This document shows positions 41,634 through 52,089 of a stretch of 64,000 bases of DNA, one piece after another. The DNA is taken from positions 114,105 through 178,104 of the forward strand of contig CAZBBK010000002.1 of the NCBI GenBank assembly GCA_964490075.1. The letters are read 5' to 3'. The translations under genes were made by a program, and so were the position numbers. Positions within the stretch are counted from its first letter, which is position 1, and each line of letters begins with the position of its first letter. This DNA comes from an uncultured Gemmatimonadota bacterium (lineage in GTDB: Bacteria; GCA-2686955). The notes under the pieces were generated by a model. That model saw nothing but the letters and a program-made list of their open reading frames with translations, made no database searches and had not been told where the DNA came from.

Positions 41634-42994
41634 GCAGGCCAAGGTCTTCCTTCGCCGCCGTCGCTCTTGCGCTGGTGCTCGGCGCGGGCGACACGCGCGC
41701 TGAAGACGCCGACCTCGCCGCCGATCGAGAGCCGCAGCCGATCATCGAGCGGATCGAGATTCGCGGCAACAGCCAGACCTCGGAGCAGGTGATCCGCCAC
41801 CTGATCGATCTGCGACCGGGCGACCGACTCGAGCCCGGGGTCGGCGACCGCCAGTTCATGCTCCTGAGCGAGTCGATGCTCTTTGGTGATCTGCACATCG
41901 CCGTCGAGCCCGGCAGCGAGAAGGGGCACGCGGTCTTCGTCATCGTCGTCAAGGAGCGCAAGTCGACCGCGGCGACCCAATGGGAGTTCGGCGCGCGCTC
42001 GCCCTTCGGTCCCTACGCCACGCTCGGCGTACGCGTGACCAGTCCCTGGGGCAGAGGGCGGCAGCTCGGGTCCCAGGTCGTGATCGAGGACTCGCGCTGG
42101 TCGCTCGGCGGCGACCTCGTCCATCCCTGGCTCTTCTGGTCGGCCTGGGACTTGGGGCTGAACCTGAACCTGCGCTACTACGACGAGGAGAGGCTCTTCC
42201 CTTACCTGCACTCCGATCCCGACGTCGACGAGGGAGAAGGGCTGTTCCGCTTCGTGAGCCTGGGCGCGGTGCCCTACCTGGCGCGTGACCTCGGCAAGCA
42301 CTTTCGCCTGCGCCTCGGCTGCGGCATCGAGAGCATCGAGATCTCCGGGGGGGATTCGACCTTCACGGCGGTGGAGGGCGGCGCCGCGGAGCTGCACCGG
42401 GTGTCGGCCCTGCTGCACTCGGGTCTGGTTTTCGACCTGCGCACCCAATCGGCCGCCGGATTCCGCAGTGGCATCGACTTTCGGTACGCGCCGCCCGGCC
42501 TCTTCGCGGACGAGAGCTTCCTGCGCAGCGAGGCCTACACCCAGTTCTACCCGCCGCTGCCGCCGCACCACAGCTTCCTCCTGGAGCTGCGCGGCGCGCG
42601 GGTCACAGGCGATCTCGACTACGGATCGCGCCTGCGCGCCGAGGGAGACCTGCGCTCCCCCGGCGTGCGGCGGCGCGAGGTGGGGCAGAGCGGCGCCGAC
42701 CGCATGTTGATCGCGACCGCGGACTACGGCTTCCCAGTGCTGCCGGGATCGGCGTCGCCGAGTCGGCTGCGCGGCCGGGTCTTCGTTTCGGCCGCCCAGT
42801 CGTGGCTCGACTCGCAGGCCGAGGATCTGCAGGTGCCGGTCGGCCTGCAGCTCGCCCTGCAGCACCGCGACTGGGGCCGCGTGGCGCTGCGTTGGGTGAC
42901 GCCTCTGCGCGGCGCGGAGCCCGACCGACTCGAGCTCTCACTCGACCTGACACCGATTCAGCATTTCCGCTACACGGGCGAATGGGGACTCTGA
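41630..42994 (+). CDS. Omp85/BamA-TamA-family protein with one POTRA domain
   Basis: GTGA coupling; signal peptide; 'IERIEIRGNSQTSEQVIR...L..F...VKER' POTRA; beta-strand-rich C-terminal part. Confidence 0.75.
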   Translation: MSRPRSSFAAVALALVLGAGDTRAEDADLAADREPQPIIERIEIRGNSQTSEQVIRHLIDLRPGDRLEPGVGDRQFMLLSESMLFGDLHIAVEPGSEKGHAVFVIVVKERKSTAATQWEFGARSPFGPYATLGVRVTSPWGRGRQLGSQVVIEDSRWSLGGDLVHPWLFWSAWDLGLNLNLRYYDEERLFPYLHSDPDVDEGEGLFRFVSLGAVPYLARDLGKHFRLRLGCGIESIEISGGDSTFTAVEGGAAELHRVSALLHSGLVFDLRTQSAAGFRSGIDFRYAPPGLFADESFLRSEAYTQFYPPLPPHHSFLLELRGARVTGDLDYGSRLRAEGDLRSPGVRRREVGQSGADRMLIATADYGFPVLPGSASPSRLRGRVFVSAAQSWLDSQAEDLQVPVGLQLALQHRDWGRVALRWVTPLRGAEPDRLELSLDLTPIQHFRYTGEWGL

Positions 42995-43016
42995 TCCCCG
43001 CCGGAAGGAGGCGACC

Positions 43017-43190
43017 ATGGGAACTTTGCTCTTCATCTACATCCGGGTGACGGGAATCGTCGAGTTCCCCTACGACATGTTGATTCTCTGCTTCCTGGTG
43101 TCGCTCGACTCGATCGCGGTGGCGCTAGTGCTGCTGGCCCGCTCGGTGGGTCTGCGGGTGCGGCTGCCGGAGAGCGGGGGGGAGGGGTAG
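43017..43190 (+). CDS. Small (57 aa) hydrophobic membrane protein
   Basis: AAGGAGG RBS 5 nt before [60 protein letters not shown]. Confidence 0.65.
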   Translation: MGTLLFIYIRVTGIVEFPYDMLILCFLVSLDSIAVALVLLARSVGLRVRLPESGGEG

Positions 43191-43323
43191 GCGGCGCACC
43201 CCATCGTTTACACGCCGCCCCCCGCGTGCTAGTACTCCCCTCTTTGTGTCCCAAGCGAATCGGCGGCCGGCCCTGCGTCGCGGGCCGGCTCGTGTCTTTA
43301 CATGGAAGGCGAGGAATCGCGCG

Positions 43324-43593
43324 ATGCCATTCAGCAGCGAGCAGAAGCAAACGATCATCGGGGAGTTCAAGGCGCACGACGGCGACACCGGGTCCACGGC
43401 CGTTCAGGTGGCGTTGCTCACCAACCGGATCAACGAGCTCCAGGACCACTTCAAGCAGCATCCCAAGGACCACGCCGGCCGGCGCGGCCTGCTCAAGATG
43501 GTCGGCCGGCGGCGCCGGCTGCTGGCCTATGTCAGACGCCGCGACGTCGAGGCTTACCGAACCCTGATCAAGCAGCTCGGGCTGCGCAAGTAG
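43324..43593 (+). CDS. rpsO: 30S ribosomal protein S15
   Basis: '[16 protein letters not shown]', '[20 protein letters not shown]', 'LGLRK'. Confidence 0.98.
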   Translation: MPFSSEQKQTIIGEFKAHDGDTGSTAVQVALLTNRINELQDHFKQHPKDHAGRRGLLKMVGRRRRLLAYVRRRDVEAYRTLIKQLGLRK

Positions 43594-43735
43594 CCGCTCC
43601 GGCGGCAAGAGAGTGGGAGCGGACTACTCCCACCAGGCTCGCGGCGGACAGCCGCCGCGGCCCGATCCACGACACCAGGCGCCCGTCCGCGGAACGAAGC
43701 AGTTGCGGGGCGGGCGCAAGCAAACGGAGTAACGA

Positions 43736-45853
43736 ATGTTCAAACGTGTAGAGGTAGATCTCGGAGGCAAGACCCTCTGGATGGAAAGCGGGAAGATCGG
43801 CAGGCAGGCGGACGGCACGGTGATGGTCGGCTTCGGCGAGACCGTCATCCTGGCGGCGGCGGTGGGGGACAAGCGCGGCGGCGTCGATCGCGGCTTCTTC
43901 CCGATGACCGTCGACTACCGCGAAAGGGCCTACGCGGCCGGCCGGATCCCGGGCAACTTCTTCAAGCGCGAAGGGCGCATGGGCGACACCGAGACCCTGA
44001 TCGCGCGCATGATCGACCGCCCCTTGCGTCCCAACTTCGCCGACGGCTACCGCAACGAGACGACCATGTCGCTGAGCGTGCTCTCGACCGACGGCGAGAA
44101 CAACGCCGACGTGCTGAGCATCACCGGGGCGGCGGCCGCCTTTCTGATTTCCGACATCCCCTTCGAGACCCCGATCGCCGGCGTGCGCGTCGGCCGCATC
44201 GAAGGCGAGCTGATCCTCAATCCCACCTTCGCCGAGCTCGAGTTCAGCGACATGGACGTGGTGGTCGCCGGCTCGCGCGAGAGCATCACCATGGTCGAGG
44301 GCGGCTGTCGCGAGGTCGCGGAAGAGGATCTGGTGCGGGCGCTGGAGTTCGCCCACCAGTGGATTCAGAAGATCCTCGACGGGCAGGATGAGCTGCGCGC
44401 CGCGGTCGGCAAGGAGAAACGGCCGACTACCCCCGAGGTGATCTCGCCCGAGGTGACGAGCGCGGTCGAAGAGCGGGTGGCCGGGCGCGTCGAAGGGGCA
44501 CTCTTCATCTCCGACAAGCTGGAGCGCCAGACCGCCTGGGGCGCGCTCTGCGACGAGGTGCGAGAGGCGCTCGTGGAGTCCTTCCCGGAGCAGGAGAAGG
44601 CGATCGGCAAGGTGCTCGGGAGCATCGAGAAGAAGACGATGCGCGGCCGCATCCTCGATCAGGGCGTACGCCTCGATGGCCGCGGGCCGGCCGAGATCCG
44701 CAACATCGACTGCGAGGTCGGGATCCTCCCCCGGACCCACGGCTCGGCGCTCTTCACCCGCGGCGAGACTCAGGCCCTGGTGGTCGCCACGCTCGGCACC
44801 AAGCGCGACCAGAAGATCATGGACGAGCTAGAGGGGGAGTACAAGAAGAGCTACATGCTGCACTACAACTTCCCCGGCTGGTCGGTGGGCGAGGCGCGGC
44901 CGAACCGCGGTCCCGGCCGGCGCGAGGTCGGTCACGGTGCCCTGGCCGAGCGCGCCCTGCTGCCGGTGATCCCCTCCGACGAGGACTTCCCGTACACGGT
45001 GCGCGTGGTCTCCGAGATCACCGAGTCGAACGGGTCGTCGTCGATGGCGTCGGTGTGCGGCGGTTCGCTCTCATTGATGGACGTCGGCGTGCCGATCAAG
45101 GCCCCGGTGGCGGGAATCGCCATGGGTCTGATCACCGAGGAAGGCCGCGACCCGGTGGTGCTCTCCGACATCCTCGGCGCCGAGGATCATCTCGGCGACA
45201 TGGACTTCAAGGTGACCGGCACGACCGAGGGCATCACCGCCTTCCAGATGGACTCCAAGCTCGGCGGGATCACCTTCGAGATCCTGCGCAGCGCCCTGGC
45301 GCAGGCCCGCGAGGGGCGCACCCACATCCTCGGCGAGATGGCCAAGTGCCTGGCCGAGCCGCGCCCCGAGCTCAACGAAAACGCGCCCAAGATCGTCGCC
45401 GTGTTCGTCCCCAAGGACAAGATCCGCGACATCATCGGCCCGGGCGGCAAGATGATCCGCAAGATCTCGGCCGACACCGACTCCAAGATCGATGTCGACG
45501 ACGACGGCAAGGTGATCATCGCCGCGCCCAACCAGGCGGCCGCCGAGGGCGCCCTGGAGGCGATCCGCAATCTCACCGAGGATCCCGAGATCGGCCGGAT
45601 CTACCAGGGGCGGGTCACCTCGATCATGCCCTTCGGCGCCTTCGTGGAGATCCTGCCCGGGCGGGAGGGCTTGTGCCATATCTCCGAGCTGGAGGATTTC
45701 CGGGTCGGTGCGGTCGAGGACGTGGTGCAGGAGGACGAGATCATCCCGGTCCAGGTCAAGGGGATCGACGGCGCCGGCAAGATCTCGCTCTCGCGGCGCA
45801 TGGCGATGGCGGCCCAGGCCGAAGAGGAAGAGGGAGCGGACGACGAGGACTGA
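43736..45853 (+). CDS. pnp: Polyribonucleotide nucleotidyltransferase
   Basis: '[12 protein letters not shown]', '[12 protein letters not shown]', 'SNGSSSMAS', 'GDMDFKV', KH and S1 domains. Confidence 0.98.
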   Translation: MFKRVEVDLGGKTLWMESGKIGRQADGTVMVGFGETVILAAAVGDKRGGVDRGFFPMTVDYRERAYAAGRIPGNFFKREGRMGDTETLIARMIDRPLRPNFADGYRNETTMSLSVLSTDGENNADVLSITGAAAAFLISDIPFETPIAGVRVGRIEGELILNPTFAELEFSDMDVVVAGSRESITMVEGGCREVAEEDLVRALEFAHQWIQKILDGQDELRAAVGKEKRPTTPEVISPEVTSAVEERVAGRVEGALFISDKLERQTAWGALCDEVREALVESFPEQEKAIGKVLGSIEKKTMRGRILDQGVRLDGRGPAEIRNIDCEVGILPRTHGSALFTRGETQALVVATLGTKRDQKIMDELEGEYKKSYMLHYNFPGWSVGEARPNRGPGRREVGHGALAERALLPVIPSDEDFPYTVRVVSEITESNGSSSMASVCGGSLSLMDVGVPIKAPVAGIAMGLITEEGRDPVVLSDILGAEDHLGDMDFKVTGTTEGITAFQMDSKLGGITFEILRSALAQAREGRTHILGEMAKCLAEPRPELNENAPKIVAVFVPKDKIRDIIGPGGKMIRKISADTDSKIDVDDDGKVIIAAPNQAAAEGALEAIRNLTEDPEIGRIYQGRVTSIMPFGAFVEILPGREGLCHISELEDFRVGAVEDVVQEDEIIPVQVKGIDGAGKISLSRRMAMAAQAEEEEGADDED

Positions 45854-45893
45854 GCGCATCGATTCGCCGCGCTGGGAGCAGGCCGGGTCGCGC

Positions 45894-46334
45894 GTGGAGG
45901 TGCGCTATCGCCGCACGCGACCCGGGTCCGATCTGCCGGCACCGACCCCCGCCACGCCGGGGGCCGGCGGGGTCGATCTGCGGGCCGATCTGGATGCGCC
46001 GGTGGTGCTGGCGCCGGGCGGCTTCGCGTGCGTTCCGAGTGGTCTGGCGGTGGCCCTGCCCGCGGGCTACGAGGGGCAGGTGCGGCCGCGCAGCGGACTG
46101 GCGGCGAAGCACGGCGTGACGGTGCTCAATGCGCCGGGCACCGTCGACAGCGACTACCGCGGCGAGATCGGCGTGGTGCTGATCAACCACAGCCCGCACC
46201 CCTTCACGATCGCGCGCGGGATGCGCATCGCGCAGCTGGTGGTGGCGCCGGTGGCGGCGGTCGACTGGCGCCCGGTGGAGCGCCTCGACCCGACCGAGCG
46301 TGGAGCCGGCGGCTTCGGCAGCACCGGGGCCTGA
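45894..46334 (+). CDS. dut: dUTP diphosphatase
   Basis: 'GVDL', 'RPRSGLA', '[10 protein letters not shown]', 'RIAQLV', '[11 protein letters not shown]'; start approximate. Confidence 0.95.
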   Translation: MEVRYRRTRPGSDLPAPTPATPGAGGVDLRADLDAPVVLAPGGFACVPSGLAVALPAGYEGQVRPRSGLAAKHGVTVLNAPGTVDSDYRGEIGVVLINHSPHPFTIARGMRIAQLVVAPVAAVDWRPVERLDPTERGAGGFGSTGA

Positions 46335-46550
46335 GGGTCCGCGAACGACTTGCGCGGCGTGGCGAACCACGCCGCGCGTTGTCACTGTGCCAGGGGGGCC
46401 GAGACCCTAGTCGGGTCTGGCGACGTCCGACACGGGCCAGCCGGGCCGCGGGCAATTGGCCGGCTTGGGCTTGCGGTTGCAGCGAAACGAATACTCGGCG
46501 ACGTCGATGTTCCACTGCGGGCCCACGCGCCCCAGCATCAGGTCGAGGAT

Positions 46551-46697
46551 CTACTCGGTGGGAGCGGGGGCCTCCTGCCGATCGATGAGGCTCTTGCGCT
46601 TGCCTTCTACGAAGGATTGGCCGGAAGCCTGGGAGATGCAGGCCCAGACACAGGCGAAGACCACCAGGCCGGCGCGCACAGAGTGATGGGTGAACAT
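46551..46697 (-). CDS. Tiny (48 aa) secreted peptide, or 5' part of a TAG-interrupted gene
   Basis: AAAGGGAG RBS; MFTHHSVRAGLVVFACVWACISQASG then QSFVEGKRKSLIDRQEAPAPTE; the frame stays open for 47 more codons after the TAG. Confidence 0.55.
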   Translation of the reverse strand: MFTHHSVRAGLVVFACVWACISQASGQSFVEGKRKSLIDRQEAPAPTE

Positions 46698-46827
46698 GAT
46701 GCGACTCCCTTTCTCGCGAAACGTGATGCGTTCCGCGGTGGCGGGCCGGCCGCCCGCTACGTCGATCGCGCGGGTGGCCTTTCGGGCCCTGTCGCCGGTG
46801 GCTCTCCGGCGCTCGCAGAGGGTGCTT

Positions 46828-46843
46828 TGCAGCGTTCGTGCCA
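46828..46843 (-). promoter_or_regulatory. Sigma-54 (-24/-12) promoter
   Basis: Minus strand TGGCACG-AACG-CTGCA, one mismatch from TGGCACG-N4-TTGCA; upstream of the small secreted ORF. Confidence 0.75.
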
Positions 46844-47032
46844 AAAGGGAAGATCGTTGCTGTGCAGCCTTTTGCGCCGATCGATCCGCATCTCGACCTG
46901 GTGCGAGGTCGGCCAGACCGACGCCTTCGCGGCCGATCCGTCGGAGCCGCTGACAACGTGGACGGCGCGGGTGCGGCGCTGTAATCTGGCCCTTTCCATT
47001 CGTGAGCTGGCCCCATCCAGGAAACACCAGAA

Positions 47033-48331
47033 ATGATCCGTGCAAGCGTAGAACGGCTCTGTGACTTCGTCGGCCAGGAGGTAGAGATCCAGGGCTGGCT
47101 CTTCAACAAGCGCGGCAAAGGCAAGCTACAGTTCCTGCTGATTCGGGACGGAACCGGGATCGTGCAGGGAGTCGCGTTTCGGGGGGAGATCGCGGACGAG
47201 GATTTCGAGTGCGCGGGGGCCCTGACCCAGGAATCCTCGCTGGTCGTGACCGGGACCGTGCGCGAGGACCGCCGCGCCCCCGGCGGCTACGAGCTGAGCC
47301 TGAGCTCGATCCGGGCCCTGCAGATCGCCGCCGACTACCCGATCTCGCCCAAGTCGCACGGCGTCGGCTTCCTGATGGACCATCGCCACCTCTGGCTGCG
47401 CTCGCGCCGGCCGCACGGCGTGCTGCGGATCCGCGACGAGATCGTGCGCGCCATTCGGGACCACATGGCGGACCAGGGCTTCGTGTTGGTCGACGCACCG
47501 ATCTTCACGCCCAACGCCTGCGAGGAGACCTCGACCCTCTTCGACACCGAGTATTTCGGGCAGAAGGCCTATCTGTCTCAGTCGGGTCAGCTCTACATGG
47601 AGGCCGCCTGCATGGCGCTGGGCAAGGTCTACTGCTTCGGCCCCACCTTCCGCGCCGAGAAGTCGAAGACCCGCAGGCATCTCACCGAGTTCTGGATGAT
47701 GGAGCCTGAGATCGCCTTCGGCGACCTGGACGACGCGATGAACCTCGCCGAGGGCCTGGTCGCCGCGCTGATCTCGCGCGTCCTGGAGCGGCGCCGCGAC
47801 GAGCTCGAGCTGCTGGAGCGCGACGCCGCTCCACTGGAGCGCGTGATCCATGGCGGGCCATTCCCGCGCATCACCTACGACGAGGCCTTCGAGATCCTGC
47901 ACGCGGCCGGATCGGAGACCCCCTTCGGCGCCGATCTCGGCGGCACCGACGAGACGATCCTGGGCGACCACTTCGATCGACCGCTGATGGTGACCCACTG
48001 GCCAAAAGAGGTGAAGGCCTTCTACATGAAGCCCGATCCCGACGATCCCGCCCGCGTGTTGGGCGTCGACATGATCGCACCGGAGGGCTACGGGGAGATC
48101 ATCGGCGGGGGCCAGCGCATGGAGAGCCTGGCGCTGCTGGAGGAGGCGATCGACGCGCACCAGCTGCCGCAGCAGGCCTTCGAGTGGTTCAAGGATCTGC
48201 GTCGCTACGGGTCGGTGCCGCACGCCGGATTCGGCCTCGGCCTGGAGCGAGTGGTGACCTGGATCTGCGGCCTCGACCATCTGCGCGAGTCGATCCCCTT
48301 CCCGAGAACGATGCAGCGGCTCGCCCCTTGA
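47033..48331 (+). CDS. asnS: Asparagine--tRNA ligase
   Basis: 'AYLSQSGQLY', 'FRAEKSKTRRHLTEFWM', 'EIIGGGQR', 'LRRYGSVPHAGFGLGLER'. Confidence 0.95.
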   Translation: MIRASVERLCDFVGQEVEIQGWLFNKRGKGKLQFLLIRDGTGIVQGVAFRGEIADEDFECAGALTQESSLVVTGTVREDRRAPGGYELSLSSIRALQIAADYPISPKSHGVGFLMDHRHLWLRSRRPHGVLRIRDEIVRAIRDHMADQGFVLVDAPIFTPNACEETSTLFDTEYFGQKAYLSQSGQLYMEAACMALGKVYCFGPTFRAEKSKTRRHLTEFWMMEPEIAFGDLDDAMNLAEGLVAALISRVLERRRDELELLERDAAPLERVIHGGPFPRITYDEAFEILHAAGSETPFGADLGGTDETILGDHFDRPLMVTHWPKEVKAFYMKPDPDDPARVLGVDMIAPEGYGEIIGGGQRMESLALLEEAIDAHQLPQQAFEWFKDLRRYGSVPHAGFGLGLERVVTWICGLDHLRESIPFPRTMQRLAP

Positions 48332-49017
48332 GCAGCGGACTCCACTCGGCGACGCGGCGTGCACCGCGCGCGCTGGCCGCGGCGCTGCTGCCGGCCGCGC
48401 TGGCGGGTTGCGAGCCCCGTCCCACCGCTCCCGCGGTGCCGGCCGACCTCTTCCTGATGCGCTGGTCGGTGCAGGGCGCGAGCGAAGAGATCGTGCTCGG
48501 AAAGGACGATGCGCTGGGTCGGCTCGACGGCGACTGCGGCGGCGCCCTGTGCCCCGCCGGGGTCGACGGAGACCTGCTCGATGTGCTGCTCGGCGATCCC
48601 TTCATCGCGCTCGACGCCAAGCTCGGCCGCTCCTGGGCCGACACGGTGCAGCTCTCGCTGCCGGGGCAGGGCGTGGTGCGAGAGATCATCACCTGGACCA
48701 TCAGCGCCAACGACACCCTGGTGCAGACCCCGGCCGGGACCTTCGATGACTGCATGAAGATCCGGCGGGAAAGCGATCAAGAAAAGGGAGATGCGGCGTT
48801 TCTTTTCGCCCCTGTCATCGGCCTGGTCGCGGTGCGCCGCAACGACGACCGCTTCCTCGTCGGCGCCGACCTGATCGAGCCCTCGATCGCCGGCAACGAG
48901 ACCCGCGACGGGGTGCGATTCAGCGACGACTACTTGCCGCTGGCGGTCGGCAACCAGTGGACCTTCGAGCTGCGGGGAAGCTCCGAGAGCGTGCAGCAGA
49001 GCTACCGGATCGACTGA
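48328..49017 (+). CDS. Putative lipoprotein
   Basis: TTGA coupling to asnS; lipobox LAGC; 'VQTPAGTFDDC', 'FAPVIGLV', 'YLPLAVGNQWTF'. Confidence 0.7.
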   Translation: MSSGLHSATRRAPRALAAALLPAALAGCEPRPTAPAVPADLFLMRWSVQGASEEIVLGKDDALGRLDGDCGGALCPAGVDGDLLDVLLGDPFIALDAKLGRSWADTVQLSLPGQGVVREIITWTISANDTLVQTPAGTFDDCMKIRRESDQEKGDAAFLFAPVIGLVAVRRNDDRFLVGADLIEPSIAGNETRDGVRFSDDYLPLAVGNQWTFELRGSSESVQQSYRID

Positions 49018-49020
49018 GCC

Positions 49021-49386
49021 ATGAGCGAGCGAAGAGTCATCCGCCGACGGCACCGCTGGATCACGCCGATCCTGGTGGGAGGTGCGCTGCTGGCCGCGCT
49101 CGCGGCATCGGGTTGGGCGGCGCAGCGAGGGTCGCGGAGCGGCGCCGCGGAAGATCGCCGGCATGTGCGGGTGCTGGTGCCGATCGCCGAGGGTGGCCGC
49201 CACCGGCTCACCCTGCACGACGGCGCCGGGCGCCGGGTGCGGCTGTTGCGCGACACCGAGCTTCCGGCGGGGCGGATCGCGATGCGCTGGGACGGCCGCG
49301 ATGATCTGGGTGCCCCACTGCCGAGCGGTCGCTACGCGCTGCGCCTGGACGGCGCGGCGGTCGGCTCGTTGAGACTGCTGCGTTGA
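49021..49386 (+). CDS. Small exported protein consisting of an FlgD-type Ig domain
   Basis: N-terminal hydrophobic stretch; 'LTLHDGAGRRVRLL...AG...WDGRDDLGAPLPSGRY.LRL'. Confidence 0.75.
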   Translation: MSERRVIRRRHRWITPILVGGALLAALAASGWAAQRGSRSGAAEDRRHVRVLVPIAEGGRHRLTLHDGAGRRVRLLRDTELPAGRIAMRWDGRDDLGAPLPSGRYALRLDGAAVGSLRLLR

Positions 49387-50285
49387 GCGCGCTCGGGGTG
49401 GCGGCCGCCGCCGGCCTGATGCTTTTTGCGTCCGCCGGGCCGTTGGTCGACGACCTGGACCGGCCGCTGGCCCGGAACCAGCACCCGGCGCGCCTGGTTT
49501 CGCTGGCGCCGAACATCACCGAGATCCTCTTCGCGATCGGAGGGGGGGAGCGCGTGGTGGGGGTCAGCGCCTACTGCGACCACCCCGGACCGGCGCGGAA
49601 GCTGCCGCGGGTGGGCGGCTTCTCCGATCCCGACCTGGAGAAGATCCTGGCGCTGGCGCCCGACGCGGTGCTGCTCACATCGGTGGTGCAGGAAGGGATC
49701 GACCGGGCGCTGAGCGGTGTCGGGGTGCAGGTCTACACCATGTTTCCGCGCAGCGTCGCCGAGCTGGCCCCCTCGATCCGCCGCCTGGGCCGTTTCACCG
49801 GAGCGGAGGAGGGGGCCGAGTCGCTGGCGCTGCGGATGGAGAGCGGTTTCGCGCGGGTGCGCGCTGCCGTCGCCGAAATCCCGGCCGAAGATCGAGTGCG
49901 GGTCTTCTTCGAGGTCGACCCGAGCCCGCTGGTCACAGTCACGGCCCGCTCCTTCGAAGGCAGCCTGATCGAGCTGGCGGGGGGGCGCAACATCGCCGCC
50001 GACCGGCCCCGATCCTATGCTCGGATCGACCCCGAGGCCGTGGTGAAGGCCGACCCGCAGGTGATCGTGGCGGCGCACGCGCGCAGCGCCGAGCTGCCGC
50101 ATCATATGCGCGCCGGCTGGGAGGTGGTGGCGGCGGTTCGCGCGGGCCGGATCTGCGCCGGCATCGATCCCGATCTGCTGGTGCGGCCGGGTCCGCGGGC
50201 GGTGCAAGGGGCCGAGGCGCTGCTGCGCTGCTTTTACCCCGAGCGAGCCGGCGCCGCTGGCGCCGCGCCGGAGGAGACACGGTGA
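49383..50285 (+). CDS. ABC transporter substrate-binding protein (BtuF/Fe-siderophore family)
   Basis: 'RLVSLAPNITEILFAIG', 'GVSAYCDHP', 'DLEKILALAPD', 'RPGPR'. Confidence 0.9.
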   Translation: MSALGVAAAAGLMLFASAGPLVDDLDRPLARNQHPARLVSLAPNITEILFAIGGGERVVGVSAYCDHPGPARKLPRVGGFSDPDLEKILALAPDAVLLTSVVQEGIDRALSGVGVQVYTMFPRSVAELAPSIRRLGRFTGAEEGAESLALRMESGFARVRAAVAEIPAEDRVRVFFEVDPSPLVTVTARSFEGSLIELAGGRNIAADRPRSYARIDPEAVVKADPQVIVAAHARSAELPHHMRAGWEVVAAVRAGRICAGIDPDLLVRPGPRAVQGAEALLRCFYPERAGAAGAAPEETR

Positions 50286-51280
50286 GAGGCGCCGCGGTCG
50301 GAACCGGGATGGTCGCGGCGACTCTCGCGATCACGGCGGCGGCGCTGGTCTACGGCAGCGTGCCCCTGCCCTGGCGCGAGGTGGCCGGCCACTTCTTCGG
50401 CGGCGACGCGGCTGTTCCGCCGACCACTGAGGCGATCCTGCGCATCCGCGTCGATCGTCTGCTGCTGGCCCTGGTCACGGGCGCGGCGTTGGGGGTCAGC
50501 GGGGCGGTGCTCCAGGCCTTGCTGCGCAACCCGCTGGCCGATCCCTACGTGCTCGGCACCTCCTCGGGGGCGGCCTGCGGAGCGACGCTGGCGCTGGTGA
50601 TCGGCATCCCCTTCACCCTGGCAACGCCGCTCTTCGCGTTTACGGGGGCTTGCGCCAGCACTCTGCTGGTCTACGCCATCGCCCGCTCCTCCGGCGGCGG
50701 GCTGCCGCAGGAGCGTCTGCTGCTGGCCGGGGTGATAGTCGGCTTCTTCCTCGGGGCGATGATCATGCTGCTGATGACCTGGTCGCGCGAGATGCTGCCC
50801 GGGATCGTCGCCGTGCTGATGGGCAACCTCGACCACCCCTTCGTGCCGCAAACGCGGATCGCCTTCCGCATCGTGTGCGCCGCGGTCGGCTGCGGAATGC
50901 TGGTCGCCTTCGCCCATCTTCGGAACCTCGACGCGCTCAGCCTGGGCGACGATGCCGCCGCCCACCTGGGGGTGGCGGTGGAGCGGGTACGGCTGGTGCT
51001 CTTCCTCGCCACCTCGCTGATGGTCGGCTGCGTGGTGTCGTTCACGGGACTGATCGGGTTCATCGGACTGGTGGTGCCGCATGCGGTGCGCCTCTCGGTC
51101 GGTCCCGCGCACCGCCGCCTGCTGCCGCTGGCGGCGATCGGCGGCGCCGGGCTCCTGGTCGCCTCCGATCTGGCCGCGCGCAATCTCGGCTCTGTGCCGC
51201 TGCCGGTCGGCGTGGTAACCGCGCTGCTGGGCGGCCCCTTCTTCCTCTTCCTCTTGATCCGCCGCGGAGCGACGCGATGA
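50282..51280 (+). CDS. ABC permease (BtuC/FecCD family)
   Basis: 'LLRNPLADPYVLGTSSGA', 'GDDAAAHLG', 'IGFIGLVVPH', 'LPVGVVTALLGGPFF'. Confidence 0.93.
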   Translation: MRGAAVGTGMVAATLAITAAALVYGSVPLPWREVAGHFFGGDAAVPPTTEAILRIRVDRLLLALVTGAALGVSGAVLQALLRNPLADPYVLGTSSGAACGATLALVIGIPFTLATPLFAFTGACASTLLVYAIARSSGGGLPQERLLLAGVIVGFFLGAMIMLLMTWSREMLPGIVAVLMGNLDHPFVPQTRIAFRIVCAAVGCGMLVAFAHLRNLDALSLGDDAAAHLGVAVERVRLVLFLATSLMVGCVVSFTGLIGFIGLVVPHAVRLSVGPAHRRLLPLAAIGGAGLLVASDLAARNLGSVPLPVGVVTALLGGPFFLFLLIRRGATR

Positions 51281-52089
51281 GCGCTCCCCTGCTGCGAACA
51301 CGCGGCCTGAGCGTCGCCTTCGGCGAGCGGCGAGTGCTCGACAGCGTCGACATCGAGCTGCGGCAGGGCGAGATCGTGGCGCTGGTGGGGCCCAACGGCG
51401 GCGGCAAGACCACCCTGCTGCGCTGCCTGGCCGGGCTCTTGCGCCGCGCCCGGAGCGGCCAGGTGCAGGTCCTGGGACGTCCGCTGGAGAGCTACTCGCG
51501 CCCGGCGCTGGCGCGGATCGTGGCGGTCATGGGACAGGATCTGCCCGCCACGGCGGGCTTCACGGTGACGCAGGTGGTGGCGATGGGCAGACATCCCCAC
51601 CTCGGCCCTTTCCGGATGCGCGGCGAAGGCGACCGGCGGGCCGTCGAGCAGGCGATCGAGGCAACCGACCTGGACCGGCTGAGGACGCGCCCGATCGACG
51701 AGCTCTCGGGAGGCGAGCGGCGGCGCGTCTCGCTGGCGCGCGCGCTGGCGCAGGAGCCGGCGGCGCTCCTGCTCGACGAGCCGACCGCCAACCTCGACCT
51801 GAAGCACAAGGCCGCCCTTTTCGCCATCCTGCGCCAGGTTCACCTTGCGCGCGGAACCGCTACCCTCCTGGTCACCCACGAGCTCGGCCTGGCCGCGGAG
51901 CACGCCGAGCGCGCCGTGCTGCTCCGCGACGGGCGAGTGCTGGCCGACGACTCGCCGCGCGCCGTGCTGCGCGGCGAGCTGCTGCGCCGCGCCTTCGACA
52001 CCCCGGTCGAGATCATCACCAATCCACGAACCGGCGCGCCTCATCCCTGTCCGACCACCGGCACGGATCCCAGGAGCGAGCCGATTTGA
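51277..52089 (+). CDS. ABC ATP-binding protein (BtuD/FepC family)
   Basis: 'GPNGGGKT', 'LSGGE', 'LLLDEPTANLD', 'VTH'. Confidence 0.93.
   Translation: MSAPLLRTRGLSVAFGERRVLDSVDIELRQGEIVALVGPNGGGKTTLLRCLAGLLRRARSGQVQVLGRPLESYSRPALARIVAVMGQDLPATAGFTVTQVVAMGRHPHLGPFRMRGEGDRRAVEQAIEATDLDRLRTRPIDELSGGERRRVSLARALAQEPAALLLDEPTANLDLKHKAALFAILRQVHLARGTATLLVTHELGLAAEHAERAVLLRDGRVLADDSPRAVLRGELLRRAFDTPVEIITNPRTGAPHPCPTTGTDPRSEPI

Noticed and set aside
43594-43735. Novel ncRNA in the hairpin-rich rpsO-pnp spacer
   Set aside because: Structured rpsO terminator and pnp leader regions are expected here; nothing points to a separate RNA.
46551-46553. Pyrrolysine or alternative genetic code at the in-frame TAG
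   Set aside because: TAG is a normal stop in cmk, glgA, rpsO and trpS, and there are no pyl genes in the window.
49017-49383. Cobalamin riboswitch ahead of the Btu-like operon
   Set aside because: The region is fully coding and shows no B12-box.
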